This document shows positions 56,116 through 64,000 of a stretch of DNA of 64,000 nucleotides, piece by piece. The stretch covers positions 3,488 to 67,487 of the forward strand of contig CAYQEG010000010.1 in assembly GCA_964416435.1 (NCBI GenBank). The letters are read 5' to 3'. This DNA comes from an uncultured Rickettsiales bacterium. Its GTDB lineage: Bacteria; Myxococcota_A; UBA796; UBA9615. Below the pieces are notes generated by a model. It had not been told where the DNA came from. It saw nothing but the letters and a program-made list of their open reading frames with translations, and made no database searches. Numbering within the stretch: position 1 is the first letter of the stretch; every line of letters begins with the position of its first letter. Made by a program: the position numbers and the translations under genes.

Positions 56116-56678
56116 CAGTTGTCCAGCGCCCCCTGGAGGATCCAGGACCAGATGAGCGACTTCTGCTCGTCCGACAGCGGCACCGCGCCGGCGAAGTTCT
56201 CCGGCGGCATCGGCCCCTGGAAGTAGCCCCAGTCGGGGTTCATGTTGTGACAGCCCAGCACCTTGCGGAACAGGTACGACTGCTGGGGATCTCCCGCGGT
56301 CACCCGTGGCATGCCGTCGCCCTCGCCGTACAGGAGCGAGTTGGGCACATCCACCAACTCGGCCCAGGACTGGCCGGGGGACAGCGTCAACTGACCCTGC
56401 TTCTGGAAGACGTGGCACTTCTGGCAGTGGTCGAAGAACATCGGCTCGATGTCGTCCCCGAGGGAGACCTCCGGCCGCTCCTCGAGGAAGTCCGTGTCGC
56501 AGATCAGGACCGCGGAGTCGTCGTCGTCCGGCGCCGAGTCGTCGTCGTCGTCGTCGGTCGTGTCGTCGTCGTCGACCACCACCGCCAGGGCGTAGGGCTC
56601 GTTGTCCGTGACCGTCGGACAGCCCGCGGCGAGGGCCACGAGCAGGACGATCAGCAAGAGCGCTCGGGCCGTGGTCAT
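56115..56678 (-). CDS. Mono-heme cytochrome c lipoprotein with poly-Asp linker
   Basis: Lipobox LAAGCP; DDDDTTDDDDDDSAPDDDDS; single CQKCH heme motif. Confidence 0.6.
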   Translation of the reverse strand: MTTARALLLIVLLVALAAGCPTVTDNEPYALAVVVDDDDTTDDDDDDSAPDDDDSAVLICDTDFLEERPEVSLGDDIEPMFFDHCQKCHVFQKQGQLTLSPGQSWAELVDVPNSLLYGEGDGMPRVTAGDPQQSYLFRKVLGCHNMNPDWGYFQGPMPPENFAGAVPLSDEQKSLIWSWILQGALDN

Positions 56679-56818
56679 CGCGGCATAGTGGCAGATCGAG
56701 GGTGCGCCTTCCAGCCACCGTGGCAGCCGCGCGCCGGTGTGTGCATCCTGGGGGGGTGAGCGACGCGCTGACCAGCCTGAGCGGCACCCTCGGCCGATCC
56801 GAGCCCGGCATCAGCACC

Positions 56819-57916
56819 ATGAACCTGCAGCGGGTGCGCGGCGGACGGGTCTACTTCGTCTCCGACATCCACCTCGGGGACGGCTCCCACGGCGATGTCT
56901 TCGGGGCCAAGGACGAGGCGTTCCTCGCCCTGCTCGACGAGGTGGAGCGGGACGGCCAGGCGCTGGTCATCCTCGGGGACGCCCTCGACTTCGAGCAGGC
57001 CTGGTACTTCAGCCGCATCGTCCGCGCGCACCAGCGGGTCATCTCCCGGCTCACCCGCCTCACCGAGCACATGCGGGTGATCTACGTCTACGGCAACCAC
57101 GACCCCGACATCGTGTTGTTCCGCGACATCCTCAACTGGCAACTCTGCGACAAGGTGATCGTCGACGGCCACATCCTCGCGGTCCACGGCTACGAGTTCG
57201 ACTCCTACGTCGGCAGCAAGTTCGAGGAGAGCAGCACCTTCGCCAAGATGTTCCACATGTACGAGCGGGTGTTCCGGACCTGGGTCCGGCTGCCGCTGCG
57301 CGACTACTACACCCTGAGCAATCGGTTCGCCCACTGGCTGTTCTGGTGGCTGGTTCAGTACAACAAGGCGGTCCGCTGGACCGGTCCCCGCGTCGGTCGC
57401 CCCGGGTGGGGCCAGGAGATGAAGGCGAAGCTCGACTTCTGGACCCGCGGAGTGATGGGTGACCCGATGGGGATCACCCTCCCCGCGATCGAGGCCCTGC
57501 AGGCCGACGGCGGCGTCTTCGACACGATCGTCTGCGGCCACAGCCACATCCCCGGCGTGGTCCAGCTCGACGACGGCAAGCGGTACGTGAACCTCGGCTC
57601 CTGGTCCTTCGCCAACAGCCAGTACGGGGTCTGGGACGGCGCGAACTTCACCGTGCACGACTGGATCTCGGGGCGCGAGGTCCGCGACGAGCACTACCGG
57701 CCGATCTTCGAGGGCGCGGCGGACCGCTCGTACGAGGCCTGGTTCGACGACCACTACCTGGGCTATCTACGCTTCCGGTGCGGCGAGGAGGCGCTGCGGC
57801 AGGGGGTCCGCCCCCGGCCCTGGACGCTGCAGCGGCCGCCTCGCCGACTGCCCTCCCACACCGAGCTGATCGACACCCAGGCCGACACCCCGGCCCCTAC
57901 CGAAGAGAGCGCCTGA
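56819..57916 (+). CDS. Calcineurin-like metallophosphoesterase (LpxH-like family)
   Basis: VYFVSDIHLGDG, ILGDALD, GNHD, GHSH motifs; start at ATG 56819 inside track ORF 56702..57916. Confidence 0.65.
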   Translation: MNLQRVRGGRVYFVSDIHLGDGSHGDVFGAKDEAFLALLDEVERDGQALVILGDALDFEQAWYFSRIVRAHQRVISRLTRLTEHMRVIYVYGNHDPDIVLFRDILNWQLCDKVIVDGHILAVHGYEFDSYVGSKFEESSTFAKMFHMYERVFRTWVRLPLRDYYTLSNRFAHWLFWWLVQYNKAVRWTGPRVGRPGWGQEMKAKLDFWTRGVMGDPMGITLPAIEALQADGGVFDTIVCGHSHIPGVVQLDDGKRYVNLGSWSFANSQYGVWDGANFTVHDWISGREVRDEHYRPIFEGAADRSYEAWFDDHYLGYLRFRCGEEALRQGVRPRPWTLQRPPRRLPSHTELIDTQADTPAPTEESA

Positions 57917-57918
57917 GC

Positions 57919-59016
57919 ATGCTGGTCAACAATGTCCCCCACCGCACGGTCGACTGGAGCGACGGCCGCTTGCTCCTCGTCGACCAGCCGCTGCTGCCGC
58001 ACGAGTTCCGGATCTGGTCGACCGACGACCACGCCGAAGCCGCGGTCGCCATCTCGACCATGATCGTCCGGGGGGCCGGCGCGATCGGCGCCGCGGGCGC
58101 CTTCGGCATGGCGCTCGCGGCCCGACAGGCGCCCGCCGACGCGGCCGGGTTCGACGCGTACATCGGCGCGGCGGCCTCGACCCTCGCGAACACCCGCCCG
58201 ACGGCCCAGAACCTGTTCGGCGGGATCGCGGCCGTCCGGACGGCGATCGACGGCGCCGGCGGAGGTGCACGCCCCGACGACGCCCGGGACGCGGCGCTCG
58301 CGGCGGCGCGAGCCTGGGCCGACGCAGACGCGGCGGCGTGTGAGGCGATCGGCCGACACGGCGAGCCGCTGTTCGAGGACGGCTGGGGCATCGGCACCCA
58401 CTGCAACGCCGGCTGGCTGGCGTTCGTCGACTGGGGCTCGGCGATCTCTCCGATCTACGCCGGCGCCCGGGCCGGCAAGACCCAGCGGGTCTTCGTCGAC
58501 GAGACCCGGCCCCGCAGCCAGGGCGCCCGCCTGACGGCCTGGGAGCTGGCCGGCGAAGGGATCGAGCACCACGTCATCGCGGACAACGCGTTCGGGTTCC
58601 TCGCGTCTCGGGGCGAGATCCAGGCGGTCATCACCGGCGCCGACCGGGTCGCGCGCAACGGCGACGTCGCGAACAAGATCGGCACGTTCGGCCACGCGGT
58701 GATCTGCCGCCACGTCGGCATCCCCTTCTACGTGGCGCTCCCCTCCGCCACGATCGATCCCGACTGCGTCGGGGGCGAGGCGATCCCGATCGAAGAGCGG
58801 AGCGCCGACGAGGTGAAGTTCACCTGGGGCGTCGACGACGACGGCCGGTTCCGGCGGGTGCGGACCACGCCGGCGGCGTCGGGGGCGCGCAATCCGGCGT
58901 TCGATGTCACCCCCGCCGAGCTCGTCGACGGGCTGATCACCGAGCATGGGGTGTTCCCCGCTTCCCGGGACGGTGTGGGCCGAATCCTCGACCTGTCGGC
59001 CCATTCGGACAATTGA
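57919..59016 (+). CDS. mtnA: S-methyl-5-thioribose-1-phosphate isomerase (eIF-2B alpha/beta/delta family)
   Basis: MIVRGAGAIGAAGAFGMALAA and C-terminal GADRVARNGDVANKIGT motifs; start at ATG 57919, 2 nt after upstream stop. Confidence 0.75.
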   Translation: MLVNNVPHRTVDWSDGRLLLVDQPLLPHEFRIWSTDDHAEAAVAISTMIVRGAGAIGAAGAFGMALAARQAPADAAGFDAYIGAAASTLANTRPTAQNLFGGIAAVRTAIDGAGGGARPDDARDAALAAARAWADADAAACEAIGRHGEPLFEDGWGIGTHCNAGWLAFVDWGSAISPIYAGARAGKTQRVFVDETRPRSQGARLTAWELAGEGIEHHVIADNAFGFLASRGEIQAVITGADRVARNGDVANKIGTFGHAVICRHVGIPFYVALPSATIDPDCVGGEAIPIEERSADEVKFTWGVDDDGRFRRVRTTPAASGARNPAFDVTPAELVDGLITEHGVFPASRDGVGRILDLSAHSDN

Positions 59017-59079
59017 CACACACGCGCCCGGACGCCTAGTCTCTCCCGGCCGCAGCCCCGGCATTCGACCCTCTTCCTG

Positions 59080-63504
<4,425 letters not shown>

Positions 63505-63532
63505 CGCGGCCCACCCCCCAAGGGAGCTGCCC

Positions 63533-64000
63533 GTGGTCAGCGTTCGTCCATTTCGCGCTCTGCGCCCCTCCGCCGCCCTCGCGCCCGAGATCGCGTCGGT
63601 CCCCTACGACGTGGTCGACACCGGCGAGGCACGGGCCCTCGCCGAGGGCCGGCCGTGGTCTTTCCTGCACGTGATCCGGCCGGAGATCGACCTCCCCGAT
63701 GGGACCTCCCTGTACGACGACGTCGTCTACGACCAGGCGCGCCGGTCCCTGGAGAAGTGGATCGCCGACGCTCCCTTCGCCGACGCCGGCCCTCAGCTGC
63801 TCGTCTACCGCCTGGTTCAGGACGGTCGGGCTCAGATCGGCGTGGTCGGAGGCTGCTCCGTGGCGGAGTACGACGCCGGGCTGATCGCCATCCACGAGCG
63901 AACACGGCCGGCCAAGGAGGACGACCGCACCCGCCACGTCGTGACCATGCGGTGCCAGGCCGAGCCGATCTTCCTGGCCTACCGGGCCCAGCCGGACGTG
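63533..64000 (+). CDS. DUF1015-family protein, N-terminal part; the gene continues past the window end
   Basis: GTG start 8 nt after AAGGGAG; translation VVSVRPFRALRPSAALAPEIASVPYDVVDTGEARALAEG...SFLHVIRPE resembles the DUF1015 N-terminus; absent from the track because no stop codon lies within the window. Confidence 0.5.
   Translation, partial: MVSVRPFRALRPSAALAPEIASVPYDVVDTGEARALAEGRPWSFLHVIRPEIDLPDGTSLYDDVVYDQARRSLEKWIADAPFADAGPQLLVYRLVQDGRAQIGVVGGCSVAEYDAGLIAIHERTRPAKEDDRTRHVVTMRCQAEPIFLAYRAQPDV

Overview
This is a ~72% GC window with many secreted lipoproteins and signal-transduction genes. It most likely comes from a myxobacterium (Myxococcota, Anaeromyxobacter-like). The taxonomic evidence is two MYXO-CTERM sorting signals, Cys-rich myxobacterial-type repeats joined to FG-GAP domains, receiver/Ser-Thr-kinase fusions, and very high GC. 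I call about 57 protein genes, many translationally coupled by ATGA/GTGA overlaps. Most long antisense ORFs in the track are high-GC frame artifacts. The main contents are: (1) an exopolysaccharide O-acetylation/export module algF-algI-algJ-algX-like plus a TPR-porin and a DUF4434-like hydrolase (0.6-8.1 kb, minus strand); (2) a tightly packed 7-8 gene minus-strand operon NUDIX, PlsC-like, PP2C, metallophosphoesterase, pterin dehydratase, sulfotransferase, COG2403 P-loop protein, Pmp3 (12.5-18.9 kb); (3) a GMC oxidoreductase with a Tat small subunit, a tandem YHYH lipoprotein pair, FG-GAP lipoproteins, a GH13 amylase and a trypsin-like lipoprotein; (4) a noncanonical tRNA-like gene (anticodon CUU) inside an ~850 nt noncoding region, next to a truncated gamma-glutamyltranspeptidase gene that ends in G19/G11 homopolymer tracts; (5) a heme operon hemX-hemA-hemC-hemD-suhB headed by a receiver/J-domain/TPR fusion protein; (6) a secreted peptidase cluster (HExxH and M28 peptidases with MYXO-CTERM, pepA); (7) rlmE and engB coupled to a 13-heme c-type cytochrome, a predicted outer-membrane beta-barrel and a lipoprotein cytochrome c, which together resemble a porin-cytochrome electron conduit; (8) a 1474-aa PAS/coiled-coil protein with Ala/Glu/Lys tandem repeats. 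No CRISPR array, transposase or integrase was seen. Coordinates come from the ORF track where available. For features I located by hand (tRNA, the small Pmp3 ORF, promoters, repeats), coordinates may be off by a few nucleotides.
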